DNA of 63,717 bases, filler included, from Reclinomonas americana ATCC 50394 (lineage: Eukaryota): NCBI GenBank assembly GCA_048213135.1. It is 6 parts of 2 records of this genome, joined end to end, with 100 filler letters (N's around TTAATTAATTAA, not from the genome) between each part and the next. Parts side by side here need not be neighbours in the genome. Positions count along the whole stretch, not along the records: positions 1 to 20,094 come from PS015045.1; positions 20,195 to 49,435 come from PS015045.1; 4 more parts are not named here. One strand, given 5' to 3'. Below are positions 13,346-27,791 of this stretch, in pieces. A model generated the notes under the pieces. It saw nothing but the letters and a program-made list of their open reading frames with translations, was not told the DNA's origin and did not search any database. Each line of letters begins with the position of its first letter. Position 1 is the first letter of the stretch. Position numbers and translations under genes: made by a program.

Positions 13346-13498
13346 ATGGAGCCCATCCCACCATTTCCCGTTCCGAGGCCCTTTGCAGGCTGTACAGATG
13401 CCATGACCTTTCTCAAAGTTACACTCAGAGAGAGAGAGAGCAAAGCATGAATGCACCTTTGAATCTGTGAATCACTCTCACTCACTGACTCTCAGTGT

Positions 13499-13543
<45 letters not shown>

Positions 13544-16500
13544 GAGACGAAGAGAGTGTGTGTCGTCTCTGTNNNNNNNNNNNNNNNNNNNNNNNNNNNN
13601 NNNNNNNNNNNNNNNNNNNNNNNNNNNNNNNNNNNNNNNNNNNNNNNNNNNNNNNNNNNNNNNNNNNNNNNNNNNNNNNNNNNNNNNNNNNNNNNNNNNN
13701 NNNNNNNNNNNNNNNNNNNNNNNNNNNNNNNNNNNNNNNNNNNNNNNNNNNNNNNNNNNNNNTCTCTCTGCATTCACTCGTCATCACTCACCTTCTCTCT
13801 TTCACTCTCACTCACTCTCTCAGAGCAGCATCGCTCACACACTGCATTCAGTCACTCGTCACTCACTGTTCTTCCTCGCTTTTCCTCCCCGTTGCCTTCC
13901 CTTTTCCCTCCTCCGTGTTCTTCATTTTACCCTCATTCACTCAGGTTTACTCCATCACGCCCTCATTCACTCACTCCTCTCTGTTTCCTCACTCGTTTGC
14001 TTACTGTTCTTCTTCCCCTTTCCTCCCCTTTTCCTCCCCTTTCCCTCACAGGGTTGCTCAATCACGCCCTCCTTCACTCACTCCTCTCTGTTTCCTCACT
14101 CGTTTGCTCACTGATCTTCCTCCCCTTTCCATCCCCCTTTCCTTCCCTCGCCTCACAGGTTTACTCCATCACGCCCTCATTCACTCCTCTCAGTTTCCTC
14201 ACTCGTTTGCTCACTATTCTTCCTCCCCTTTCATCCCCTTTTCCTTCCCTTCCGCTCACAGGGTTGCTCACTCACGCCCTCATTCACTCTCTCCTCTCTG
14301 TTTCCTCACTCGTTTGCTCACAATTCTTCCTCCCCTTTCCTCCCCTTTCCCTCCCAGGTATACTCCATCACCGCTTGCATCGCTCTGGCCGCGTGCTTTG
14401 TTTACAACACCATTGCTGGCTTGCGCAATCGGTCAGTCAGACTCCTCTCCACTACACGCTCTTCTCCTTCGCTCATTATCATGACTCCAGTGAATACCTC
14501 CGATCGCTTCCGGAAAAGGCATCGGCGCTCGGTCGCATCTATCTGTACCAGGCGCTGCGATTGGTGTCTCTGGGCGATGCCATTTGTGAGTTGTGAGCAA
14601 AGAGTGTCTCGTTTTCTCGGACGTTCTTCTCATCGATGAGTGCAGCGGCCACGGTGTACCTCTTTCAGGATTGGTTGACGTGTGTGGCTCCACAAGCAGG
14701 GTTGCGTCTCTCTCACTCGCTGTTTCATGTGTTTCGCAGCTCGTGTCGTCGTGTATCTCTCTGTCACTCTCACTCTCACTCGCTCTCTTGTTGATTGCCT
14801 ATGTTCCACCTTTGTATCCCCATCTCATAGCATGTACTCCTCGGTGTTTTCTGCTCTGAAATATTCGCCTAACCACACCCGTCTCCGTCTGTGCGATGCG
14901 CCTTCACCTCCTCCGTCCTTTATTCATTTTGTTTTTCCCTTTTTCCTCTCTCATCGTCCTTCCTGCGACTGCTGTCTGTCTCTCACTGTGCCTGCCCCTC
15001 TGCACTGTTCACTGACTTTTCGATTTCTGCAGCGGCCGTCAAGGGGTCTGTGGACAAAAGCCAGCTCTTCACATGTGCCGCTCTCTCTCCGCTCACTTCT
15101 CATCCCTCTCCCCGCTCACAAAGGTGTTGGACTCGTGGAAGGCCTACTACATCCTGGCCGTGTGCAAGCAAATGATAATTATCGCGACGTGGAGCTCCAC
15201 CTTCACGCTGGTGACGCAGTCGTCCAAGTGGGTCATGTTGACGTTTTTGGCGGCCGATGCGTTTTTCGGGGTGCGTGCATTCAGGTCCAGGCGTCTGTCT
15301 CTTGCTCGTCTCACCCCCGTTGCTTGCAGGTCAGCTACATGATCACTGAGGGCATCTTGTGGACGAAGCCACTCGTTGCGTTTACCGATACCTCGAGGGC
15401 AGGCACTCCCTGCATACTGACATGCTTTTCCGCGACGCAGTTTCCCGTGGCCGTGACACTGACCAGGCTGAATGCAGCGGTAGGCATCCATCTGTATTGC
15501 TTCTTTTCATCAAGATCTCGATTTGTTTCCTCGTCTCCCCTTTCGCTCTCTCGTGATCCTATTTGGTTTCGATCTCGCTTTCCCTCTCTCTTCTCCTCTC
15601 CTCCCTCTCCCCTTCTCTCTCGTGATCCCTTTCTGCTTCGATATTGTCCTCCATCGCCGCCAGTCATGCTTCGCTCTCTCTCTTTCTCATGCCATGCCAC
15701 GTTGCTGTGCCGTCCCTTTGCTTGGGCTGGTGCAGTTGGCTGTTTCCGCTCACTCTTCCTGCCAACCCGCCTCGCCTTGCTCTCTCGTACCACCCTGTTT
15801 TTCCCCTCTCTTCGCTGCGAGGTCCGCTGCCTGCATGTCTCCAGGACGTTCTCTGTCGCTCGCTTCTCCATCTGTCTGTTCTGTCTGTCTGCCTGCCTGT
15901 CTCTTCTTCTGTCTCTCACTCTCCCTGTTATTGCGTCTCTCCTTGTCTTGTTTCCATTGCAGTCCATCATCTGCACTTTCTTTTCCCTCCTTCCATTCCA
16001 CTCATCTCTCTCCCTCTCTCTCCTTGTCTGTGTCTCCTTGTCCTGTTTCCTTTGCAGCTCTCTCTCTCTCTCTTTCCCTCTTCTCCCCTTCTTCTCACTC
16101 TCCCGCTTCCCTTATTCCGCAGTTCGCCCTCGGCCTCCTCTGCATCTTCATGTGCGTGCTGGTCGGCACCCTCAGCACCATGATCCGCGGCTGGAGCAAG
16201 TTTGGCACCTCGGGCTTGCGTCTCGCTCTGCTGAAGCTCACCGCCATTGGCACCACCGCCTTGGCGTTCTCGCTGACCGTGGTGGCCTACCTGTTTGGCG
16301 TGTTGCGTTGTTTTTCCCCCCGCATCTACCTCCCGCAATTTGTGCCTTTTTTGTTCACGTCGCGCCCGATGCAGAATCGCCGAGGACGTCTTCACGATCC
16401 AGAACGAGTCGCTAGTCACCTTCTTGTACTACTTTTTCGACTTTACGGATGCCATGTTGCGTCATTGTGCGCGCTGACATGTGCCGCACTGCTTTCTTAC

Positions 16501-16798
16501 CCCACCCGTCGCACAGCATGATTGCGCTGCTGCTCAACATGCCGTGGAACAAGGAGTCGCTGTCGGTACGTTAACCGTCCTCCTCCGTTCTCCCGCTGTT
16601 GTGCGCACACTCTCAACTCACCCCTGTGTGCAGAGCGCGGCAGCCAGCTTCCGCCAGTCAACCGCATCGCAGCTCAGGTCGCCATCGTCCCCAAGCGTCA
16701 CCAGCAGCGGAAGCCACCCGACGGACGGCAAAGCGCTGGTCACCAAGCAATCCAGCGTGCACACCGACAGCAGCAACACAAACGCAAACCAAGTGTAA
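13346..16798 (+). CDS. Multi-pass (7TM-like) membrane protein, paralogue 2
   Basis: Exons FAGCTDAMTFLK / VYSITACIALAACFVYNTIAGLRNR / WKAYYILAVCKQMIIIATW / QFALGLLCIFMC..LLKLTAIGTTALAFSL / LVTFLYYFFD / MIALLLNMPWNK. Stop at 16796-16798. Confidence 0.75.
13860..14372 (+). repeat. Intronic ~100-bp tandem repeat containing copies of the 3' splice site
   Basis: Unit pattern cag-gtttactccatcacgccctc or cag-ggttgctca.tcacgccctc, with AG ending at 13944, 14051, 14158, 14261 and 14357. Confidence 0.85.
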
Positions 16799-16835
16799 CA
16801 GTAGCATATTTTTTTGATTCGTGATTCGTGCGACC

Positions 16836-18939
<2,104 letters not shown>

Positions 18940-18998
18940 GAGGAAAGAAAGGCACGCACGTCCACACGCATACACACGTCCCGAGAGACAAGGACAGA

Positions 18999-21685
18999 AT
19001 GAGAACTCGCCAGAGGCTAAAGAAACAGCATTTGCGACTAGTACAGAGAACAGCAAGCTTATTCTGCAAGCTTGTGCATTCTTTCCTCACGTTCTCCCTC
19101 CCCCTGCCTCCCTTCCCCGTTTTCCGCAGTCCTCCGACGAAGTCGTCAACATCCTCCGCTGGTGCCGTCGCACCTCCACCCGCCTGCGCACGCTCGACCA
19201 GGACGCGCAATCGCTCCGTGGCGCTCCCTTCCTGCTCTTCCCGAGCAAGTACGTCAAGTCGCAGTTCACGGCCAGCAGCACCGAGCAGATGCTGTCGGTG
19301 GTGGACATGTGCAACGGATCGTTTGATCACCTGGAGCTGTCGAGCCTCGGCCAGGTCGAGGAGTGTCTGCGGGAGGTGTATGCGCGACTGAGGACGTTTG
19401 AGGCGAGCCTGCGATCGCTCTCCATTCGACATCCAGTGGATAGAGTTGCGTTGCGAAGTAAGGGGAGGAAGAAGGCTGGAAGATGAGTGCTTTCTTCTTT
19501 GTCTTACATTCTTGTGTGAGATGTGAGGAGTGCTTATGATTTCTCATTCTGTCTCATCCCCTTCTCCTGACGCTCCTTTCTTCCATCATAGGCCGCTCTG
19601 GAGGCTGCGGCAGCCAATGCCCGCGGGCAGGTGGCGGATTGTGTGCAGGAGCTGGCCGAGTTGGCCGTGGTTGTGCCGTCAAGTTGCGATGAGCTGTCCG
19701 TGTCGATTCTCGTGTCAATCTCTCACGTGTTGGACTGGCAAACAGGACAAGCAAGTCGTCGCGGCTCGTGGGCGCCATCCACAAAGGAAGTGCTCACTGT
19801 GCTTCCACCGTTTTCGCGTGCCAAGTTGCGTTCCTCAAAACAGATGCAAGACGCTCGTCGTGTACCTTCTGGTTCATGCCGCCATGATCTTCCCATTTCT
19901 GTCTTCTGAGTGCCATTCTCCTCTCAGTTGCAGTCACCGTCCCCTGTCACGCTTTGACCCCTGTCAATATATTTGCCTCCACTTTCCTAGTCTCTGCGCT
20001 TTCTGCCTCAATCTCGCACCACTTTCTTCGCCACCTCCGCTCAGTCTCAGCACTCTCTCTCTCGCTCTCCCTGTCTCTCTCTCTCTCTCTCTCTNNNNNN
20101 NNNNNNNNNNNNNNNNNNNNNNNNNNNNNNNNNNNNNNTTAATTAATTAANNNNNNNNNNNNNNNNNNNNNNNNNNNNNNNNNNNNNNNNNNNNGCTGAG
20201 CACCATGCATTCTCGTCTTGTTTGTCTCACGAGATCACATGCCACTGTTCTCTCATCTTGTTCTGCAAGACTGCGGTGTGATGTGCTGCATTCTCATTCC
20301 TTTCTTTCGCGTCGAGAGCACGCGTCACTATTCTCGCGCTTCTTGCTTGTTCTGCAACAGTACGATGTGAACTGCTTAGGTTTGCATCTGCTCGTTCCTT
20401 TGTCTCTCCTAGAGCACGCGTCACTGTTTTCTCTCTTCTCGCTTGTTCTGCAAGACTGTGGTGCGAATAGCTGAGCACCATGCATTCCCCTCTTGTTTGT
20501 CTCATGAGACCGCATGCCGCTGTTCTCTTGTCTTGCTTGTTCTGCAATACTGCGGTGTGATGTGCTGCATTCTCATCTTTCTTGCACATCGAGAGCACGC
20601 GTCACTATTCTCTCTTCTTGCTTGCTCTGCAAGATTGCGGCGTCCTCAGCAGAGCACCATGCATTCCCGTCGTGTCTGTCTCCCCGAGACCGCATGCCAC
20701 TGTTCTCTCATCTTGCTTGTTCTGCAAGACTGCGGTGTGATGTGCTGCATTCTCATTCTTTCTTTCGCGTCGAGAGCACGCGTCACTATTCTGGCTCTTC
20801 TTGCTTGTTCTGCAACAGTAAGATGTGAACTGCTTAGGTTTGCATCTGCTCGTTCCTTTGTCTTTCCTAGAGCACGCGTCACTGTTCTCTCTTCTCGCTT
20901 GCTCTGCTCAGTCTTGCCTTCTATGTCTCTCACTCTCCCTCTCTCTCTTTCCCTCCTCCGCAGGAACGCGATCGCGCCCGCGAACGCGAGAAGCTGCTGA
21001 CGGCCAGACCTGCCGATCCATCTGTGGTGGTGGGGCCGCCGTCTGCGATCGCTGTGACCATGCCATCGTCGGTGCAGTCGTCGCTGTATCCGGCCATGGC
21101 TGTGGATGTGCCTGGTCCGCCATCGCCACTGGCCGAGTCTCCGTCGGCCGCTAGCTACTCACCACCATCGGCTGCGGCGCCGCTGGGTTCTCCTCTCGAT
21201 GCGGTGTTTGCGCCGGGTGTGTTGGAGACTGCAGTGACGGCATCTGGAGGGTACGCACTTGCGTGTGTTTGTGTGGCGCGAGAGAAATGTGATGAGATGG
21301 TGTGACTCACTGTTGTTGAACATGCAGATCGTCAAAGGGATCCAAGCGGAGGGTGAAGAAGCTGGATGAGAAGTAATTTGCGTGTGGGGGTGAAGTGCGG
21401 TTTGTGTGGTCAGTGAAATATTTTGGCGTGCGGAAGCCGACCAGGGTGTGTACTCGGGAGCTGCACTGGGCAGAGGGACAGTTTCTCGGAAGAGGTAGCA
21501 AGGCTCAGCAAATCGCGGTCTGTACCGATGGCACGATCTGCGATGGCAGAACAGGTTTTCATCCAAACAACACAGCTGCGAGCAGCAGATTATCGTGTGA
21601 CAACTGCACAGGTCAAGAATAAGGCGATGGTGAGGGTGAAGGAGACAGAGGAGGAGGAGGAGGAGGTGAAGAAGAAGAAGAAATA
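18999..21685 (+). CDS. Hypothetical multi-exon protein spanning a scaffold spacer
   Basis: Putative exon 1 MRTRQRLKKQHLRL, intron 19041-19129, then exons SSDEVVNILRWCRR..ECLRE, AALEAAAANARGQVADC.., ERDRAREREKLL.. and a Pro/Ser-rich exon. Both ends, and continuity across the 20095-20193 gap, are uncertain. Confidence 0.5.
20139..20150. other. Artificial assembly spacer TTAATTAATTAA (also 49480-49491, 53984-53995, 58265-58276, 60444-60455)
   Basis: Identical 12-mer with stops in all six frames, centred in ~100-nt N blocks. The GT41, CHID1 and GILT genes continue across it. Confidence 0.97.
20194..20900. repeat. Degenerate intronic minisatellite
   Basis: gagcaccatgcattc recurs at ~20197, 20473 and 20652, with repeated subunits gagcacgcgtcact and cttgttctgcaa. 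Confidence 0.85.
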
Positions 21686-22254
21686 ACAAAAGAGAGAGAG
21701 GGACAGAGCACGTAAGCAACCCGCAGTTGCATTATGCGGAGGTTCTCAGAGCATTGAATGCAATTGTCGATTCTTTTCTTTGCCATCTCGACTGACTGCT
21801 TCCGCGGCAGCCTAACATGCATCTGCCATCTGGACCAAGTTGACGGCCAGATACACCACCTGAGTGTCTCTACTGCTGCTCCCTCCCCTGACCATTCTCC
21901 TCTCGGCTACAATGGAACAACTGTTGCCTGTCCAACCTCCACCTTCTGCCTCTGCTGCACGCACTGGACGATCCCGTTACACCTCAGGCTCTTTCTTCCA
22001 CCCCTATCCCCGGTTCGCTATCAGAGCATTGAAATTGAAATGCTCCTTCCCCCCTAACCCTCTCCCCCACCCCTTCCCCCTTTTAAACAGCAAAGTGTGG
22101 TGATGTCGTTTCAATGTATTTTGCATGAAACGCCCCGCCATCTGGCGAGACGTGAAAAAAGGAAAGAGCGGCGAGGGAAAAAACAAACAAGCGCGTGGTG
22201 AAGATTTTCGTCAACCATAATGTAATGGGGTGCGTGTGCGTGCACTCCTTCTCT

Positions 22255-24743
22255 TCAGAGGACGACGCAGCCTCCCTTCTTCTTCTTCTTCTTGTCGTCC
22301 TTGGATTCGTCGGGGAACAAGACCACCTGTGTGTGTGGAACAAGTCCATTGAATACACACANNNNNNNNNNNNNNNNNNNNNNNNNNNNNNNNNNNNNNN
22401 NNNNNNNNNNNNNNNNNNNNNNNNNNNNNNNNNNNNNNNNNNNNNNNNNNNNNNNNNNNNNNNNNNNNNNNNNNNNNNNNNNNNNNNNNNNNNNNNNNNN
22501 NNNNNNNNNNNNNNNNNNNNNNNNNNNNNNNNNNNNNNNNNNNNNNNNNNNNNNNNNNNNNNNNNNNNNNNNNNNNNNNNNNNNNNNNNNNNNNNNNNNN
22601 NNNNNNNNNNNNNNNNNNNNNNNNNNNNNNNNNNNNNNNNNNNNNNNNNNNNNNNNNNNNNNNNNNNNNNNNNNNNNNNNNNNNNNNNNNNNNNNNNNNN
22701 NNNNNNNNNNNNNNNNNNNNNNNNNNNNNNNNNNNNNNNNNNNNNNNNNNNNNNNNNNNNNNNNNNNNNNNNNNNNNNNNNNNNNNNNNNNNNNNNNNNN
22801 NNNNNNNNNNNNNNNNNNNNNNNNNNNNNNNNNNNNNAAGACGCAAGAGGAAAAAACACAAACGAACAGGTCCTGTTCTTCCTCCTCGTCTCGTCACATC
22901 TTTTTCACGTTCTTCCTCCTCCTGCTGCTGCTGCTGCTCCTCTCCTTCCTCTCGTCTCTCGCCTCTCGTCTTCCTCCTCACAGGACGACGCAGCAGCCCC
23001 CACTCGCCGGCGCTTCTTCTCGCCTGCTCGGATTGAGGACAATCTACAAGAGAAAGCACAAAAAGACACACACACACATGAGCATCATGAATAACAGAGA
23101 CAGGGGCGGAGACGACAAACTGCAGCTACGCTGGCCACCCTCTCACTGACTCGGTGTGTTGTACCCTGCCTGCACTCTTCTCACACTCTGTCGCCCTGCT
23201 CCTCCTCCATCATGCACTCACCCGAATGGCCGTGTCGAACACCTCCTTCAGTCCCTTTTGCGTCTTTGCAGAGCACTCGCAGTAGCCGACGGCGTTGATC
23301 TCCCGTTGCATGTTCACGCCCTGTGACACACAACAGTCAGTCAAATGCATCATCTCATCAGCAGCAGGAGACAGCGGACAACAACAACAACAAACCTCCT
23401 CCCTGGTGATGGGTGCCAACCTCTTCTGCTTGAGCTCCTTGATGATCTCCGGGTCCTCACGCATATCGAGCTTGGTGCCGACCAGCAGAATCGGAACCTC
23501 CGGTGCATGGTGCTTCAGCTCCTGATACCACTGTGACACACACACAAACAGAAAAAAAAAGTCAACAAAAACTCGCCACGTGGAAAGCGGCACTCGGCTA
23601 CACAGTCGCCTCTCCACCACTCCTCACCTTGTCCTTGACGTTCTGGAATGAGGAGGGGCTCACGAGCGAGAAGCAGATGATGAAGATGTTTGTGTTGGGG
23701 TACGACAGAGGGCGCAGACGATCGTAGTCCTCCTGACCTGCAATGAGAGAGACGCACGAAACACACAAGAGCGCACACGTGAGCATAGAGACCACGTGCG
23801 CGTGTGGCGTGTGTGCAGGAGATGGCGGCTGAGCGCGCGCGCGATGTTCCGTTTCCACTCATTATCTCTCTTTCTCTCGTCGCACAACGCGTGCAAGACA
23901 AACACACCAGCTACCTCTCTCTCTGTACGTGCGTCTATGGCGTGGAGCGTGGGGGGCAGGGGGCCAGATGGCGCGCGTGTGCGTGTGATATCTTCCGCTC
24001 CAGGCACAGAGCGCACGTGCAACACACAAACACACACCAGCTGCCTCTTTCCACGCGTGCACACGGTGGGGCGTGCAGCGTGGGGAGGGGCGAGATGGCG
24101 CGCGCGTGCGTGTGCGTGATATGTTCCGCTCTCACAGCAACAACCCCCCTCCTCTCTCTCTCTCTCTCTCTGGCTCTCTGACCGTCACTCACCAGCGGTA
24201 TCCCACAAGCCGAGGCCAATGGTCTTGTTGGCAACCATCACGTTGGCGTTGTAGTTGCTGTCCGCACACGTGAAGTCAGACACACACTCTCACTCACGCC
24301 ACTCTTCTTGAAGACGCAACTCAAACACCGTGGGCACGTAGTCCTCCGGGAATTGGTTGTTGGCATACGCAATGAGCATGCACGTCTGTGTGTGCGTGCG
24401 TGCGTGTGTAAGCAAGCAACACAAGTGCGACACTTTGACAAAACAAACGCCTCTCACACAGTGAGCGAGTGTGTGTGTGTGTTTGTTATCTCACCTTACC
24501 GACGGCACCGTCTCCGACCACCACACCTGTGGAGAACACACACACATAAGTGAGCGACACGTGTGAACAAGAGAGAGTGGAGGAGTGAGGCGAGAGAGCA
24601 GTGTGACATTTTCAACCAAACACCCTCTTCTCCTTGCGCCCCCAGACTTTTCACATGCGCGCACTGCCTCTCTCTCACACACTCTCTCCCGGTGCGTGTA
24701 TGTGTGTGTAATGGAGAGAAACGCAACACTTGATGTTATCCAT
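22255..24743 (-). CDS. RAC: Rac-type Rho-family GTPase with two candidate terminal exons
   Basis: [65 protein letters not shown]../[17 protein letters not shown]../[23 protein letters not shown] exons at 22978-23043 and 22255-22326. Confidence 0.96.
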
Positions 24744-25357
24744 TCTCCCTCACTGCCGACAAATCACGTGTGGTGAGTCACACGAATTGTGCGCCGAAAG
24801 CTATTTGTGGCGAGTTGGTGGGCCCGTTTGCATTTTTGGTTGATTCGTGATTTCTGGCTGGCCCGCCACTTCGCCCCGGCCTGCCAATTGGTCTGACTGC
24901 GGGCCAGAAGGGTGTTGGGCGTATTTCGGTCGCACTGCGGGGGAGCTTTACGACGATCCACTCCACTTCCGGATCCGGATCCGAGCTGCAGACCTTCAGA
25001 TCGATATCCCACTTGTGTTCCAGGAAACGTATCCGTTCGGCATCGCGCTCTCCGCCTGTCCAGATCCCGAAAAAGTCGACTGAACTCATCAGAAACAGCA
25101 TTGATACCGAGCTCGCAGCACTGCGCGTCTGCCAATCGATGCCAGCGTGCCCTTGTCCATTCGATATTTCGTCGTATCTGCCTCCGAGAAGTCTCATTCT
25201 GCAGCTGTGTCGTGTTGTTGGTTCATAGCACAGCGGGCCCATTTGCATTTCGCTTTCTCCACACTCCACTCGCACACACAATATTTCGTAACCCACTCGT
25301 CACGCTCTCTCTCTCTCACTCACTGCCGTTCTCCCTCGCGATCTGGTGATTTCGTGC

Positions 25358-27359
25358 TCAGAGCGAATCGATGGCGGCAATCACTTGCGGATCGGTAAAA
25401 CCCCAGCGCTGTCGCAAGCCAGTTAGTCAGCCACACGCAACAGTATCGTGCTACAGCTGCAAATGCACACACTCACCGCCGCACACAGCTCGGGGACGGG
25501 CAGCTTGCGATTCTGTGCCCACTTTTCCCACGGCTGCTTGAAGCCGCGACCGTTGAGGACCTCGCCTGTCGAGTCGCAACTCATCTGCACAACGCGGCGT
25601 GAGAACACTTGTCTGTACGAGACTCTGTCTTCTCTGCCTCTAACATCAATTCGTTCACCAACAACAAGCAAACAGCTGTCTTGATGACCGAGTCCAACCT
25701 TATTCAAATTATCAACACAAACACTAGTCTTCAGCAGCAGGTTTCATGTGTGATCTTCTCCATTCTGGAGTCCTCTCGTTTTCTTCATACTCTTCTCTCT
25801 CTCTCTTCTCTCTCTCTCTTCTCTCTCTTTTCTCCTTCTCTCTCTCTCTCTCTCTCTTCCTCCTCTTCTTCATGCGCCACTCTTTTTCTTTCCCTCCTTC
25901 CCTCTTCAACCCCCCTTCTCTCTTCAACCCTCCTTCTCTCTTCAACCCTCCTTCCCTCTTCAACCCTCCTTCCCTCTTCAACCCCCTTGCCCTTCCCTCT
26001 CATGACCTCACCTCAAACTCTGGTCCCTTGGACGTCTCGCGGATCTCCATCAACCACTTCTCCATGGGGCGGCCGTAGTACGCGGGAATGAAACATTCCT
26101 GCACCACACATATGATGAATATTCTCGCCGACGTTACAATGCTGACAAGCCAGCAAAAAAATATATATCGAAAACACATGATCAACGCAACAGCGCGGAA
26201 GCCGACGGGAATGTGTGACGGCCGTGGCTACAAGAGCACAAACAGAGGGTGACATTGTCAGCTACTGCATCGCAGATGAAAGGAGGGGAGAGACGCACCG
26301 GCTTGGACGTAAACGTGTATCGCTTCATGACGGCGGCGGTGGGATGGCGGAAGCGGTGGCCGAGGGAGATGACGCGCACGTGGCCCTTGATTACGCCACG
26401 AGAGACACGCCCTGTGGCCTCAAAGGTGAACATCGAGGTGAGGTCGGCCACCACATTGTCGGGCTCTTGCAGGCGGCTGCGTTTGCGCGGAGGCGGAGCC
26501 ACCGCCGGCCCGCTGCCGTCGTCATAATCTCCATCACTGTCCACATGATCCACCGCGCCATCGTCGGCCTCCTCCTCCTCCNNNNNNNNNNNNNNNNNNN
26601 NTGCCATGCGGCGACAGCAGTGCCGACTCGATCGACCCGGGCGAGCCCACCTCCAGCGGCACATGCGGCAGCGACGAGCGACTCCCTCGCCGTCGCGTCA
26701 ACAACACCGGCGTGCTCACACTCATCGGTGCCGCCATCATCATCTTGTCGATCTCGCTCACCACCTGCGCTCGTTCCGCCCCCGCCATTGCCAGCACCTG
26801 CTGATCCTCCTCGCCTGCTGCTGCTACTGCTGCTGCTGGTGGAGCAGGCGCAGCAGGCAGCGCACTTGCCTGCTGCGCCAGTGTGCGATCGAGCTCGAGG
26901 CGCGCCTGCTCGGCCGCGTACTGCGCAAAGGCGTCAGAGGCCAGAAACGACTCAATGTCGGTGCGCGATCGCGTCGGCACCAGCATCGGCGCCACGCTCA
27001 GCACCTGCTCCGCAGTGGAGCCTGTGAACACCACTGTGAGCATGAGTCACACACCAAGAGAGAGAGGGAGAGCACGCACCGAGTTGCGCGGCCGTGTAGA
27101 GCCCGCGTCGCTCTTGCTCGTTCCATGGCACCGACGCGGGCGTGTGCACAACTGAGCGGCGACAGTGAGTGCGACACACACGCACAGGACGACACACAGA
27201 CATGTGCGCACTCTCTGTGACTGCTGTTGTTGTTGTTGCACTGGAGGCAGTGGAGGAGGCAGTGGCAGCAGCAGCGCGGCTTTCTTCGAAATCGCGCTGT
27301 ACGCGGTCAACGTGGACCTCCGGCATGCCTTGTGACTCGAGGCGATCCCAGTCGAGCAT
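25358..27359 (-). CDS. Protein with N-terminal SANT/Myb-like and C-terminal FYRN/FYRC-like domains
   Basis: PWNEQERRGLYTAA..VPTRSRTDIESFL resembles SANT. VRVISLG..HIPVGFRA..WLMEI..GPEFE..PWEKW..RWGFTDPQVIAAIDSL* follows the FYR pattern. Introns are GT-AG. Confidence 0.65.
25643..25746 (-). repeat. Dispersed repeat family, copy B (inside an intron of the FYR gene)
   Basis: ttcaccaacaacaagcaaacagctgtcttgatgaccgagtccaacc..atcaacacaaacactagtctt..cagcagcaggtttc is the reverse complement of copies A and D. Confidence 0.85.
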
Positions 27360-27791
27360 TACCGAAGAGACAGAAGGAAGGATGGAAGAGAGCGCGTGAC
27401 AACGAAAGCACGCACGCTTTGTCGTTGTTTTCAATGCAATGGATGTCGATGAATTTTCATCTGTATGCCTCTGTTGTCTCTTTCGTGAGTCGCGCCTTTG
27501 TGCTTCGTTAGATCAACGCGGCAGGTCCGCGGTTTGCGTTGTGTAAAAGAAAAGGCGGATTCGTCGCGAGATATCGATCGCAACATTTGACCGTTTCCGG
27601 CGATTGATGTAAAAACACCGCTTCCGCACATTCTCTTCATTTGTCGTGCAGCGCGCTGCCATCCACGTGCGCGTGCAAAAGAAAACAGTTCACGTGCTCA
27701 CCACCACCACCACCGCCACCACTCGTCGCAAGAGAGGAAAAAGAGTAGACTCCAAAAAATCAACACCAACANNNNNNNNNNNNNNNNNNNN

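Noticed and set aside
14682-16415. 577-aa ORF and similar long Leu/Ser/Pro-rich ORFs (e.g. 56395-57489, 47615-48871)
   Set aside because: Read-through of stop-poor CT-rich introns; the real exons are in other frames or are only part of the ORF.
24778-25296. 172-aa minus-strand ORF between the FYR gene and Rac
   Set aside because: Non-ATG start and no recognisable motif; more likely the FYR 3' UTR and Rac promoter, though not excluded.
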